Shown here: positions 36,702 to 50,384 of the stretch, in pieces
How positions within the stretch are numbered: the first letter of the stretch is position 1
Layout of the letters: every line of letters starts with the position of its first letter
DNA from: Eledone cirrhosa
Lineage: Eukaryota
Direction: 5' to 3'
Length of the DNA stretch: 64,000 bases
Assembly (NCBI GenBank): GCA_964016885.1
Contig: OZ024743.1
Location: forward strand, 261,206,001-261,270,000
Translations under genes and position numbers: made by a program
Notes under the pieces: model-generated
Database searches by the model: none
What the model was told of the DNA's origin: nothing
What the model saw: the letters and a program-made list of their open reading frames with translations, nothing else

Positions 36702-36732
<31 letters not shown>

Positions 36733-36744
36733 TATATAATTGTT

Positions 36745-36935
36745 TATACTTTTAGCACAAGGCCAGCAATTATCCCAGTGCATTACTGGTACTTTATTTT
36801 ATCGACCCCGTAAGGATGAAAGGCAAAGTTAACCTCGGCGGGATTTGAACTCAGATCATAAAGGGGCATAACTCTATGCTGGAAAGCATGGCGTTTGACC
36901 CTCTATCGATACTGCCAATCCACTGACTGCCCTTA
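36745..36935 (-). mobile_element. tRNA-derived SINE, antisense
   Basis: Reverse complement of the SINE consensus (ggatttgaactc B box). Confidence 0.87.
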
Positions 36936-37107
36936 TATATATAATGTACTCTATTCTTTCCCAGTATGAATTCCTCCCCAGTTCCTTCCCAAGGAACCAA
37001 GTGTCTTCTATTTAAGAACCAATGTTCTAGACAAAGTAGAAAGTTCTTGTCAACCACTTCAAGAATTTACTGATCTATTTTTTATTCTTTCTCTTCATTT
37101 CTGTCAG

Positions 37108-37264
37108 TATTCTGATGCTGCCCGGTCTGCTACTCGAACGATTCAAAATAATTTCCTCGACAGCAATAAACAAGAAGCGATGGATGTTTTTGTCATGGGA
37201 TCTACTTTAAGTGGAGAACTCAAAGAAAGAACTAAAGCCTTGCTGACTTCTAGATGTTTGCATG
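37108..37264 (+). CDS. SYNJ1: Synaptojanin exon (YSDAARSATRTIQNNFLDSNKQEAMDVF...CLH)
   Basis: gtcag acceptor, G|gtatga donor; RTIQNNF.D..KQEA motif. Confidence 0.95.
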
Positions 37265-38434
37265 GTATGAATTTTACAAATTATTATTATCTAAACAATA
37301 TGTATGCATGTGTATACATAACTGGTTGAATTAAGAAGCTTTGAGAAAATGTTAAATGTGTCCATCCCAACACAAATGACCATATTAATAGAGGCACTTC
37401 TGTCCACGGTTTTTGTCTCCAACTAATATTTATTGTCCTTGACTATTATTATGGTCTTATGTGTTGACACACACACACACATATATATTACATATATATA
37501 TCGTGTAGGTGTCACAACAAAAAGCATCCAGTCCACACTGAATAGTGGTTGTGAAAGTGTCATGACAAAATGTGCCCAGCCCATATTGTAAAGTGGCTGG
37601 TGTTAGGATGGGCAACCAGTCGTAGAAACCAAGCCAAAACCAGTCCTGTTTAAGCAAGTCATAGTTATCAGATCTGGTTTGTCTCACATTTGGGCAACTC
37701 ATTTAACCCATGCTAGTGTGGAAAATGGACGTTAAATGGTGATGATGATATTTTTTGTTACATCTTCCTCTTGACGCATTCTTCTTACTGCAAATTGCTT
37801 GTCACAAATTCATTGTCATATATTTCTACCCTGTCACAAATTCTACATGTCACAAATTCCTCTTTAGTAATCTATCTTTAGTTTCTGAAGTGAAGTGCAG
37901 AACCTCAACTCTTCAGTAGTCTATATTTGTTATCACTTGCTTGGGAAGAAGAAGCTGAACTCATTCACTTTCCTCACACTAGAAATCTGATCCAAAATCT
38001 TGCAACAGATTAACAGTGAACTCCACCAATGACATCAAAATGCGAGATGGATTAGGAACATCCAGCAACAGGTAGAGTCCATCTGGGCTTTCACAGTTTC
38101 CATCAACCCAATTTCACTCTAAAGTCTTGGGCCAAACTCAAAACTATGTGATTGCAAAGCAAACTTCTTATCCACACAGTCATATCATCATCATCACCGT
38201 TTAATGTCAGTTTTCCATGCTTGCATAGGTTTGATGGTGAACATGTTTTGAGGCCAGATCTGTCGTTTTATTTTGGCTTGGTTTCTATGACTGGATGCCC
38301 TTCCTAAGATCAGCCACTTGACACCATGTACAGTCATAAATGTATTTTAATTGGAAGCTAACATCTTATTTTAATTTTATATCTATCATGTAATTCATTT
38401 AAAAAAAAGAATTTTTGTTTTAATCTTTGTCCAG

Positions 38435-38623
38435 CACCAGGAGGCATTCTTAGAGAAATGGTAGCCCGACATAGGGATTACACGAAACTGGAGAAGCTCC
38501 GTGTATGCTGTGGTACATGGAATGTAAATGGGGGCACTCATTTCCGCAGTATTGCTTTCAAGAAAGAAAAACTCACTGACTGGCTACTTGATGCTCATAG
38601 CTGCTGCAGAAATCTGTTTCCAA
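38435..38623 (+). CDS. SYNJ1: Synaptojanin exon, start of 5-phosphatase domain (GTWNVNGG)
   Basis: tccag acceptor, A|gtaagg donor; IPPc motif GTWNVNG. Confidence 0.96.
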
Positions 38624-39188
38624 GTAAGGAAAATGTTTGTTTATTTAAGTCAAAGAATTAAGTTAACTTTGATCCATTGAATGCACAAATTTATTTGGGG
38701 AGAAAAACAAATGTAAGCCTTTAAAAAAAAAAAAAGAATGAGTGAATGTCAATATATGTAGGAGAAATTAATATTACTAGTATAGATCATCATCATCATC
38801 ATTGAATGTGTTCTCCCTGCTAGCAATGGTTGGACAGTAATGTGTACCAGTAGCCAATTCTGATCTCAAAAGTTTTGGAACACATTGTTAGATGGAACTT
38901 GAGAACTACTACTACTACTACTACTACTGCTACTGCTGCTGCTACTTCTTCTTCACCACTGGTTTAGAATAGGTACACCATGTCCTTGTGTGTATCTGGT
39001 TTATAGTATATACACCATATCCTTGTGTGTATCCATTTTACAATAGGTACACTGTACCCCTATCACCATCACCACTATTCATATTATTCCAACATTCTAC
39101 CATTCTCTCGATCTCCATTGTTTTATTGATGTTTCTATTCTGTTCCCTCATTTTTTTATTGTTTACTTCCTTCTTTATACTTTTCTAG

Positions 39189-39291
39189 CTTCCTTAGATC
39201 AAAATGCTGACTTCACTTACCCTACAGATATTTTTGCAATTGGATTTGAAGAAATTGTTGATCTTAACGCCAGTAACATTGTTAGAGCCAG
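39189..39291 (+). CDS. SYNJ1: Synaptojanin exon (PTDIFAIGFEEIVDLNASNIVRAS)
   Basis: tctag acceptor (second in-frame AG ends at 39197), AG|gtaatc donor; IPPc motif DIFAIGFEE. Confidence 0.93.
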
Positions 39292-40070
39292 GTAATCATT
39301 GCATTCTTTTGGTATGTTTTATATTTTATATCACTTTTGGTATTTTGCAGTCAGACATTCCGCAAGGTTCACAGATAACAGATGGACTCATGTGGTTGTT
39401 GAAGGGTATTCAAGAGTTTAGAAATGATCATTCAAAAGATGACATAATCAAACAATTTAGATTAAAATGGAAGAGATGTGTTGAGGAAGGATGAAAGTGA
39501 CTGGGTAAGAGGAATAGAGCCAGTGATGCGAAGAGAAATTAAATGAGATGGGCTGGGCCATGTGTTGACGAAGGATGAAAGTGACGAGGTGAGTGGAATA
39601 GAGCAAGTGATGAATATTGTGAAAAGACATGGAATATGATGTCTGGATCATGTGTTGAAGAAGGATCAAAGCGACTGAGTGAGAAGAATGATAGGTATAG
39701 AGGCAGTGATGAATGATGTGAAGCGAAATGGAATAAGATGGTTGGGTCATGTGTTGAGGAAGGATCAAAGTGAGAAAACTGATGGAAATGAATGTGCAAA
39801 GAAGTAGAGGAAGTCCAAGAAAGACATGGCTGGAAATGATGGAGGAGGAAATGAAAGACAGAAGGTTGATGAGAAGTCATGCAGATGATAGGGAAAAATA
39901 CGGAAGGCTAACCCTTACTTTGGCAGGAGGAATGACCTTAACACTCTTGCGTGTTTGTTAGTACTATATATAAATATTAATAAATAAATATCATTTTGTC
40001 ATGTAAAGCAAAATTTATTTGTTATTGTTTTTTAATTTGAAAATTAGATATATCTGCTTTCTTTTTCTAG

Positions 40071-40211
40071 TACGGAAAATTCTCGTGAATGGCAGAATGA
40101 AATTCAAAAAACAATATCCCGAGATTATAAGTATATCCCATTAGCTACAATTCAGTTGGTAGGAGTCTGCCTAATCCTATTTATTCGACCAAATCTTGCA
40201 CCAATGATCTC
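40071..40211 (+). CDS. SYNJ1: Synaptojanin exon ([21 protein letters not shown]...[13 protein letters not shown])
   Basis: tttctag acceptor, TC|gtaagt donor; QLVGVCL motif. Confidence 0.96.
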
Positions 40212-40595
40212 GTAAGTTAAACATTTTATATTAGTTTGTTTTCATGAAACTCTGCTTTTTCTTAATCCTTTAGCATTTAAACTGGCTGTATCCGGCCAGA
40301 ATTCTGTCACCTCTTTATGTTCAAACTGGCCGTAATTGGCCACTCAGACTGATGTTAAAGTATTGTTTTTAGAATAAATGATTCAACATTATGTGAGACA
40401 AATCATTTTTCACGAAAATACCAGTATATATAGAGTAATGTAAATGCTAAATAAATTCTTACAAGCTAAATTTCATTTTCAACGTTTTTACTTGAGAGCA
40501 AGAATTATCAAAAATTATGTTCATCAGCTTATCAGACTGCAAATTACAATTATTTGGGAGCATAATATACATAATTGGGATAAGGTCTATATATT

Positions 40596-41495
40596 ATAGA
40601 GCCTTGGACACTAGACACTATAGATCTTGCTTGCAGTCTGACCTGGAGACAATGCAACAATGGATCTCAGACTGGCAACTCAAGCTAGCTGTGGACAAGT
40701 GCACCACCATGCATTTTGGGAGTAAAAACCCAGCGTCCACATACTCCCTCCACAGCACTAATATCAAGAAGCCTTCTTGTGAACGTGACCTGGGCATTAC
40801 GGTCAGCAGCGATTTGCGTTGGACGAGGCACGTCTCTAAAATTGTCAAGAGGGCCGAGGGTGTCTTAGCATCACTCAGCAAGACCTTTGTCAGCCGCTCT
40901 CCAGATATCTATTTAAGGCTGTACATGGCTATGGTGCGACCACACTTAGAATTTGCATCACCAGTCTGGAACCCCTATCTTGCTCAGAACATTGACCGCC
41001 TGGAAACTGTTCAGAGACGTGCAACCAAGCGAATACCCTCCATCAGGCATCTACCATACTCTGAGCGCCTTGCTTCCCTGGGCATGGATACATTGAAGCT
41101 CCAATGCCTGGCAACTGACTTGGTAAACACCCACAAAATTGTTAACCATGTTGCCAACAACAACCCTGAGTACCTTTTTGATTTCCATGTGTCTAACACA
41201 CGTGGACATGCCCACAAAGTAAGAAAACAGCACAGTTCCCATGACTTTCGGAAACATTTTTTCACGCTCAGAGTTGCTGAAGCATGGAACAAACTACCTG
41301 CATCAGTTGTTAGCTGTCAAGACACTACATCCTTTAAGGCCTCCATGCTTCCCGAAATCCGCCAACACTACAGCTAACACATACACACATCTACTTACCT
41401 GACATTTGTGTATTATTCTATGTACTATACATACACCTTTGACGAGTTGTAGTGCACCTGAGCACTTTACACAATAATTTCATTATTATTATTAT
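40596..41495 (+). mobile_element. 5'-truncated CR1-group LINE (RT C-terminus, (ATT)n tail)
   Basis: LQSDL...WQLKLAVDKC, ERDLGI, VRPHLEFASPVWNP, ETVQRRATK, TRGH, FFTLRVAEAWNKLP; open frame to 41377. Confidence 0.92.
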
Positions 41496-42334
41496 ATCCA
41501 TATGCCAGCTACCTTCCATCATAATTCTATGTAAGAACCTTGCATTAAGTAATGTTCCACACACCAGCTTAATAATGAAAAAGTTAAACCATATTACTAA
41601 ATTCTTCCTAATTCTTGATTATTTTCAAATTCTGTGTCAATATAAATTTTGGATGTAAAATTTTGACTCCTTCATCTCTCAACTGTCAACTCCGCAAAAT
41701 TAAGTACTCTCAATACTCTCAAGTCTTGAATAATCATTGTTGTCATCGTCGCCCCTCCCACCACTTATCACTTTTTCAGACCCCCCCCCCTCTCCTTATT
41801 AAACTTTGCTAATCTATCTCCAGCAAAATTTTAATGTAAATGATTCCTATTGATACAGCAGCTGGAGAATCTAATAATAATTTTATTTTACATTAAAAAA
41901 CATTTTATATGACAAAAAAAGAACATTACAAGAAATCCCATATTTACAAATGTACACTATACAATTACCGATTTCCCAACTTCACCGTTTATTCCAACCA
42001 CCCCGCTTATTAGAATTTAAGCAAATGTCCACTCCCATACTCACTTATTCCACCCCCACACCCTCTTATTCCACCCCCACACCCTCTTATTCCACCCCCA
42101 CCCCCTATTATTCCACCCCCACCCCCTATTATTTGTGAACCTAGAGTAGGCACTGTTAAATTATTGTCCTCCTCCCTTCTATTTTATTATGTCAACGGTA
42201 TATAAATGCTACAGTTGGCTCCATCTCTAAAAATTGAAAAAAATAGGTCATCCATTTATCCAGCTATAAACATTGATGGTGGTTATATAATGATATGATG
42301 GTTAAATGATAATAGTGGCTATATAATAATAATT

Positions 42335-43055
42335 ATTTTTACTTTTGGCACAAGGCCAGCAATTACCCAGTGCATTACTAGTACTTTATTTTATCGACTC
42401 CGTAAGGGGGATTTCAATTCAGAATGGCAAGGGTCGTAACTCTATGCATCAAAGCATGGTGTCCGACTCTCTACCAATACTGCCAATCCACCGCCTGGTT
42501 ATATAATAATAATGGTTATATAACAGGTGTGGTTATATGATTATTGTGATTATATAATGTGGTGGTTATGTGATAATAGTGGTTACATAATACTTATTAT
42601 TGTTATATAGTGGTGGTGGTGGTGGTTATATAATGGCAGTTATATAATAGTGGTGGTTATATAGTGATGGTGGTTATATAGTGATTGTGTTTATATAGTG
42701 ATGGTGTTTATATAATTATTTATACATTTGGCACAAGACCACCATTTAATCAGTACATTACTGGTACTTTATTTTATTGAACCCATAAGGATGAAAGGCA
42801 AAGTTGACCTCAACGGGATTTGAACTCAGACCGTAAAGAGACGTAACTATGCTCGAAAGCATGGCGTCCGACCCTCTACCAATACTGCCAATTCACTGCC
42901 CTAAATGGTGTTTATATAATTGTTTCTACTTTTGGCAGAAGGCCAGCAATTACCCAGTGTATTACTGGTACTTTATTTTATCGACCCCATAAGGATGAAA
43001 GGCAAAGTTAACCTCGGCGGGATTTGAACTCAGAATGGCAAGGGCCATAACTCTA
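42335..43055 (-). mobile_element. Cluster of three antisense SINE copies within a degenerate satellite
   Basis: SINE reverse complement at about 42335-42497, 42720-42902 and 42920-43055. Confidence 0.85.
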
Positions 43056-44285
43056 TAATGATGGTGGTTATATAGTGATGGTGCTATATAGTGATGTTGG
43101 TTATATAATGATGGTAGTTATATAGTGATGTTGGTTATATAATGATGGTGGTTATATAGTGATGGTGGTTATATAGTGATGGGGGTTATATAGTGATGGT
43201 GGTTATATAATTATGGTGGTTATATAGTGATGGTGGTTATATAGTGATGGTGGTTATATAATGATGGTGGTTATATAATGGTGGTGGTTATATAGTGATT
43301 ATGGTTATATAGGGATGGTGGTTATATAATGATGGTGGTTATATAATGATGGTGGTTATATAATGATGGTGGTTATATAATGATGGTGGTTATATAATGA
43401 TGGTGGTTATACAGTGATGGTGGTTATATAGTGATGGTGGTTATATAGTGATGGTGGTTATATAGGGATGGTGGTTATATAATGATCGTGGTTATACAGT
43501 GATGGTGGTTATATAGTGATGGTGGCTATATAATAATGGTAGTTATATAGTGATGGTGGTTATATAGTGATGGTGGTTATATAATGATGGTGGTTATATA
43601 GTGATGGTGGCTATATAATGATGGTGGTTATATAGTGATGGTGGTTATATAATGATGGTGGTTATATAATGATGGTGGTTATATAAGGATGGTGGTTATA
43701 CAGTGATGGTGGTTATATAGTGATGGTGGTTATATAGTGATGGTGGTTATATAATGATGGTGGTTATATAGTGATGGTTGCTATATAGTGATGGTGGTTA
43801 TATAGTGATGGTTGTTATATAATGATGGTGGTTATATAGTGATGATGGTTATATAGTGATGGTGGCTATATAATGATGGTGGTTATACAGTGATGGTGGT
43901 TATATAGTGATGGTGGTTATATAATGATGGTGGTTATATAGTGATGGTGGTTATATAGTGATGGTGGTTATATAGGGATGGTGGCTATATAGTGATGGTG
44001 GTTATATAGTGATGGTGTCTATATAATGATGGTGGTTATATAGTGATGGTGGTTATATAATGATGGTGGTTATATAGTGATGGTGGTTATATAATGATGA
44101 TGGTTATACAGTGGTGGTGGTTATATAGTGATGGTGGTTATATAGTGATGGTGGTTATATAGTGATGGTGGTTATATAGTGATGGTGGATATATAGTGAT
44201 GGTGGTTATATAGTGATGGTGGTTATAGAATGACGGTGGTAATATAATGATGATGGTTATACAGTGATGCTGGTTATATAATGAT
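43056..44285. repeat. 17-bp satellite (a[g/a]tgatggtggttatat)n
   Basis: Direct inspection; more degenerate units extend back to about 42275. Confidence 0.97.
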
Positions 44286-44422
44286 TTCTAATTTAGGCAT
44301 GCGACCAGCAATTTAGGAGGTGGAGAGATGATTATATTGGGTTCAGTACTTGACTGGTACTTATTTTATTGACCCCCATGGAGATGAAAGGCAAAGTTGG
44401 CCTCAGTTGTAACTAAATACAG

Positions 44423-47400
44423 TTTAGGAAATAAATATCGGTGTACATGCAACATAATATAAAAGACAGTAAATACCGGTGTGTGTGTGGTAATAAAGTT
44501 TTTACTTCATGGAAGTCAAAGGCATTAAATATAAGGATTTGTTACCCGATGGTCATAATACAAGGCTGAAGTTGGTAGAGACATCTTAGGCTCTCATCTC
44601 AGGCTGCAAGTTGCATTGAGCTTGGTAACGAAAGGGTCGTCAAGAAGGAATCATCCCAAGCTAAGGTCGAATGTGTTACCACTTCAGGAATCAGGAGGCG
44701 AGAGAGAGATTTCGTGGTAAACCGCTCCTTTTATATCTGTTGACCGGAAGTGACCACCAGAGAGTCTGTCAATCCCAAAGGGAAGCAACTCCACCTACTT
44801 CCTGTCTAGAGAGCGGTGATGAGATTGTCATGGCAAGGGAGGCAACTCTTACTACATTAACTCCCGCCTGATTTTTAAAACATAAAAATCGAAAGAAGCA
44901 TGCATGGAGTAAGATGGCGAGCATGTAAGAGGCATGAAAACTATGGTACAGAGTAATGGAAGTAAGAGAAGAGGTCAAAAGTTCAAATATCTAAAATACA
45001 GTTAACATGTGTGCAGTCACATGACAGCAGTAAAGAATGTGTTCCAGAGAATGAATGCAGGTGGTTTCTGGTCTGTGGTATAACATGAAATGTCCAACTT
45101 CCGAAGGGAATTTCTCACAGGCAGAGTGCTGCAGAAATAAATTGTCTGGCTTGTTCTGCTGGTTTTAGTTGTTGATGAAGCTGTGTTGTTGTCGTTGATG
45201 TTGTGAATGCGTTGACCTGGAAGGGTCAAGAGGCCAGCGACCAGAGAAATAAGCATTCTTAATAAATGCGCGGTTTTCAACGGTAAATTTACGTGGTAAA
45301 TTTATAAACCGGCAAATAGAAGAATATAGCTTAAAATGTTCGTTGTAAAGGAAACGAAAAACATATATATACATCCAGTGAAATGGTAATGAGAGGTACA
45401 TTGCAATACAATAAATCAATAAATAACAAGAACAGCAAAAAAAAATATATATATATAAGGCTCCAATGGCCAGTTCACATAAAAATAGTTTGGCAGAACT
45501 TTTTGGGCCAGTGGACTCTCCGACCGGAACGGGTCGTAGTCTTGTATGTAGGTGAAGGTGGGGCAGAAGGAACAGGTGTATGCACAAGAGAGAAAGATTG
45601 GGTATTTGTGGCTCGGGTGTATGAGCATCATTGTGTGCCCTTTTCAGTCTATCCACCGAAATTGTCTCTCTGGACCCCTTAACGTCTACAGTGAAATGTT
45701 TGTCAGTGCGTTCTAACACACGGTAGGGTCCAGAGTATGGTTGTGTGAGGGGTGGTCTCACAGCATCATTCCTTATGAACACATGGGTCCACGAGGCATT
45801 ATCCCTCGGGACCGCAGGTTTTACAGTTTGCTTCCTCATATCCATCGGCGGCAGGTCCTGTAAATAAGAACGCAGACGGGATACGTAGGAAAGCGGATCT
45901 TGGAAAGCAAGATCAACAGAGGCAAGCATTTGCCCAGGCAACGCTAGAGGAGCACCGTAAATTAATTCGGCCGGGGAGAACCCAAGGTCCTCCTTTATTG
46001 ATGACCGAATTCCTAATAACACAATAGGAAGGTACTCGCTCCAACGTTGAGAGTCTGGATAGGCACGAAGAGCGGCCTTTAATTGGCGGTGGAATCGTTC
46101 CACCATTCCATTTGAAGCAGGATGATAGGCTGTGGTCCGAATCCGTTGAGCTCCAATTATTTTGGTGAGCTCAGAGAAGAATTGGGACTCGAATTGTCTA
46201 CCGCGGTCTGTGGTGAGTGTAGTTGGTACCCCAAAGCGGGTAATCCACCCTGATACCAGAGCACGTGCTACAGTCTCGGCAGTCATGTCTTGTAAAGGGA
46301 TGGCTTCAGGCCATCGCGAAAAACGATCGACACACGTCAATATGTAGGAATATCCACTGCTGAATGGCCAAGGTCCAACGATGTCAATGTGGATGTGTTG
46401 GAACCGAGCATCTGGAGTGGTGAAAGTACCCAGTGGAGTCCGGATGTGTCTATGGATCTTCGATTTCTGGCAAGCGATACAGGAATGGCACCAAGCAGCA
46501 ATGTCGCGCCTCATATTTGGCCAGAAGAATCTGACTGTTATGAGTTTAACTGTGGCAGCAGATCCTGGATGAGAAATGTTGTGCAAAGCCAGGAACACAA
46601 TTCGACGGTGAGTCTCAGGAACAAGTGGTCGTGGTGCATCAGTGGATACATCACAAAGAATCTGCCTGTCGGTGGTGGACAAGGGCAGATATTTGAAAAT
46701 GCAAGTCGCAAATTCAGTAGAAAGAGTGTCCAACGATTGGAGTGCAGGTTGGTCTGCAGCTAAACGACCTAAGTCGATATCCTGGGATGACGAGATGGAG
46801 CTAATTGGCAAACGTGATAATGCGTCTGCAACTATGTTGTGCGAGCCGGCAATGTGCAGGATATCGTTTGTAAATTGTGAAACGTAGTCCAGGTGCCTTG
46901 TCTCTCTGGGCGAATATCTGTCGGCTTTGGCCCTCAAAGCGAAGGTCAGCGGTTTGTGGTCGGTAAAAACCGTAAAATTTCTTCCCTCAAGGATATGAGA
47001 GAAATGTTTCACCGACAGATATATGGCTAATAATTCCCGCCCAAACGTGCTATAACGCGTTTCTGCTGGTTTCAACTTCCTCGAGAAAAATGCCAAAGGT
47101 TGTTGGTTTTCCGCGTAAGACTGCTGTAAAACTGCTCCCACAGCGGTATCAGATGCATCAACACAAAGCGAAAGCTTGGCCTCTGGTACCGGGTGGGCTA
47201 GCAAAGAAGAACTAGCGAGGGCTGTCTTGGCAGACTGGAAGTCCTGAAGCTGTCCTTGTGTCAAGGAAATGTCTTCATTCTTCTTATGACGATTTTTTTA
47301 AATGTCAGTAAGGGAAGATAGCCAATTAGCACAATGAGGAATGAAACGCCTATAGAAATTGATTAGGCCTAAGAAGTGACGCAACTGGTGAAGTGTAGTA

Positions 47401-49795
47401 GACGGAGGTAACTCCTGTATGGCTTGAACTCGCTGAGGGAGTGGCCTAATACCTTCGGCGTCGATGAGGTGGCCTAAAAAATGTAGAGAAGTGGAACCGA
47501 AAACACACTTTGCAGGATTCACGCGAACGCGGTAATCCTGAAGTCGCCAAAGTAAGAGAAGCATGTGGCGCATATGCTCTTCCGGAGAGGAACTAGCGAC
47601 GAGAATATCGTCTATGTAAGCATAGACGAAGTCCAGGCCACGCGTGACCTCGTCTATGAACCGCTGAAAAGTGCTAGCGGCGTTCCTGAGTCCGAAAGGC
47701 ATGGTCAAAAATTCGAATGATCCGAAAGGGGTTGTAATCGCAGTTTTCGGAATATCCTCCTTCCTGACCGGAATTTGGTGGTAGGCTCGCACTAAATCTA
47801 ACTTAGAAAAAAATCTTACACCCCTGCAGTGAAGATGCAAAATCGTGGAGATGGGGAATGGGATACCTATCCGGGACGGTCATGGCATTTAACCTCCTAT
47901 AATCCCCCGTGGGTCTCCAGTCGCCGGAAGTCTTGGGCACCATGTGTAACGGTGAAGCCCAAGGACTCGTAGATGGACGAATAATGCCCAGCTGCAGCAT
48001 ATGGTCGAACTCGGACCTTGCTGCCTTTAATTTTTCCGTCGGTAAGCGGCGTGGACGCGAAAACACTGGGGCACCGGTGGTGGAAACGAAATGTTCGGTC
48101 GAGTGTGTTGGGTCAGTGACTCGAAAATTTCCATCCGTGAGCTCCGGGAAAGAATCCAGTAACGCATGGTAAGCGTCACCAGCGGCAGCGATAAAGAACA
48201 CGGGGCTGACTATTGGGGCATTGGCTTCCTGGCCATGAATTGAAAAGCCGGTGATGTTATCCACCAGGCGTTGGCCACGGACGTCCATAGTTAAAGAGAA
48301 GTTGTGGAGGAAATCCGCTCCTAAGATGGGATATGGCAAATCGGCAACCGTAAAAATCCACTTAAAATCCCTTCGAAGATTTAGGAATTTAAGAGGGAGC
48401 GAGATTTGCCCGTACGTCTTTATAGACGAGTGGTTAACTGCCTGCAGCGTAACAGATGACTCTATGGGGGTATCTTTCAGGCAATGGACCGGCCAGATAC
48501 TACAGGAGGCTCCTGTATCCACGAGGAAACCTCTTCCGGATATTAGGTCCTTAATGAAGAAATGGCGGTTTAGTGGTTTTATGTTGAGGCCATCTGTCCC
48601 CATCAGAGGACCTCTTATGCGTTTCCCGCCTTATGATAGGAGCAAGGTTGCACGCAGTGCTTCGCGTTCTCAGCAAATCGCTCATGGTACCAGCATAGGG
48701 ATGAAGCTGGTGATTTGGAACGCCGTCTGAAGCTTTGCGATCTCCCGCGACTGCGGGAGCGCGAACAGCCACCACACAAGGCCTTCATCTTGTGGAGCTT
48801 CATGGTGAGCTCCTGAATGGACCTTTGCATCGCAATGATAGTCGAGCTGTCTGTTGGTGCTGCCGCGTAGATCGCATGGCCGTGTGTGGCCCGAGCTGGG
48901 TGTTGAACAGCGGCAAGGGGGTCGCTGTCTCCGGCATTTGTCACCTCGAAAATTTTGTCCGCAGATGAGGCAAGCTGCTCAACCGTGCTTGAATCCCTCA
49001 TGGGGGCCAAAATTGCCTGTACGTTTGTCGGCAGGCGCAAAAAGAACAACTGCTTCAGCAGGACAGTTTCCGCTGCAGACCCCTCCGTTAGGTCCTTCAT
49101 TCGCCTAAGGAGGTTCGATGGGGTGCCATCCCCTATATGCTCCAGATGGACCAGAGCCCTAAATCTCTTCTCTGAAGACTGTTCTGTCCGGCTGAGTATT
49201 TCAGCCTTCAGAGACGTGTACGACGAGTCTGTCATTGCCTCTAACACGAGGTCCTTAACCGCTGGGAGAATTGCCGGCGGAATTGCGCTAAGGACCACAG
49301 AATGTTGTAGTTCCTCGTCAACTCTGTTCGCCCTGAAGAAAGCTTCTAACTGCGAGAACCATAGCCTTACGTTGCCCGTGTACGTTGGCAGAACAGAGTG
49401 GGAAGCCATTGGTATGCCGTAGGCAATCTACCGTTTGGAAAAATGTCTCTAACGTAACAGAAAAGGAAAACTAAATTCTTTCGTCAGACCACTGGACCGG
49501 AAAAATAATGCATCCAGGACAATGTGCGAACATGCGATTAATTGAATGCTGTTATACTATGTTAAGTGCGAGGAACCTAAAAACTCAAAAAAAAAATCCA
49601 ACATGGCGGACTATTTCGTACCAAAAACACTATTGATGGAGAAGAGAGACTCCATCTTGTCATCCTCAGAAATTTTTTAGCCAGAGAAGCAAAAGGCAGG
49701 AAAGGAGAGAAAACAGAAGGCAAAAACATTTATACAATTGCGGTTTGTCTGTGTGTCAATAATTGTAGGTGTTCCTTTTGTATTAAATTGTTATA

Positions 49796-49827
<32 letters not shown>

Positions 49828-50324
49828 ATATCATATTAAATACACCGTATACCATTTCCCATTCTTTTTTTTTTTTAAATCACGTCGGGGTCACCACTTT
49901 AGGAAATAAATATCGGTGTACATGCAACATAATATAAAAGACAGTAAATACCGGTGTGTGTGTGGTAATAAAGTTTTTACTTCATGGAAGTCAAAGGCAT
50001 TAAATATAAGGATTTGTTACCCGATGGTCATAATACAAGGCTGAAGTTGGTAGAGACATCTTAGGCTCTCATCTCAGGCTGCAAGTTGCATTGAGCTTGG
50101 TAACGAAAGGGTCGTCAAGAAGGAATCATCCCAAGCTAAGGTCGAATGTGTTACCACTTCAGGAGGCGAGAGAGAGATTTCGTGGTAAACCGCTCCTTTT
50201 ATATCTGTTGACCGGAAGTGACCACCAGGGAGTCTGTCAATCCCAAAGGGAAGCAACTCCACCTACTTCCTGTCTAGAGAGCGGTGATGAGATTGTCATG
50301 GCAAGGGAGGCAACTCTTACTACA
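44423..50324 (-). mobile_element. Very young full-length Gypsy LTR retrotransposon, CsRn1-like clade (element 2)
   Basis: LTRs 44423-44856 and 49898-50324; perfect TSD ACAG; gag 48615-49409 with CHCC motif; protease VDTGAS; RT YIDD; RNase H; integrase with zinc finger, DDE core and GPY; tRNA-Trp PBS; PPT caggcgggag. Confidence 0.98.
49877..49896 (-). promoter_or_regulatory. Primer-binding site complementary to the tRNA-Trp 3' end
   Basis: + strand aaatcacgtcggggtcacca matches the animal tRNA-Trp 3' terminus including CCA; 1 nt from the LTR end. Confidence 0.93.
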
Positions 50325-50384
50325 ACAGCAAACATTTTGTCCAATGCTCTACTGATACTGCTAATCCACTGCCCTCATGAGTTA

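Larger units (their letters stand above)
33120..36730. repeat. 48-54-bp minisatellite with variable internal (TA)n, interrupted by an RTE and a solo LTR
   Basis: Unit tatacactatagttgggtatattggtatttcatttg(ta)n aa at 33120-33608, 35720-36063 and 36653-36730. Confidence 0.95.

Noticed and set aside
44857-45480. Possible env-like third ORF in Gypsy 2 (hydrophobic tail of ORF 45165-47264)
   Set aside because: Read-through into AT-rich 3' UTR after a frameshift; the true integrase end ([13 protein letters not shown]) is in another frame.
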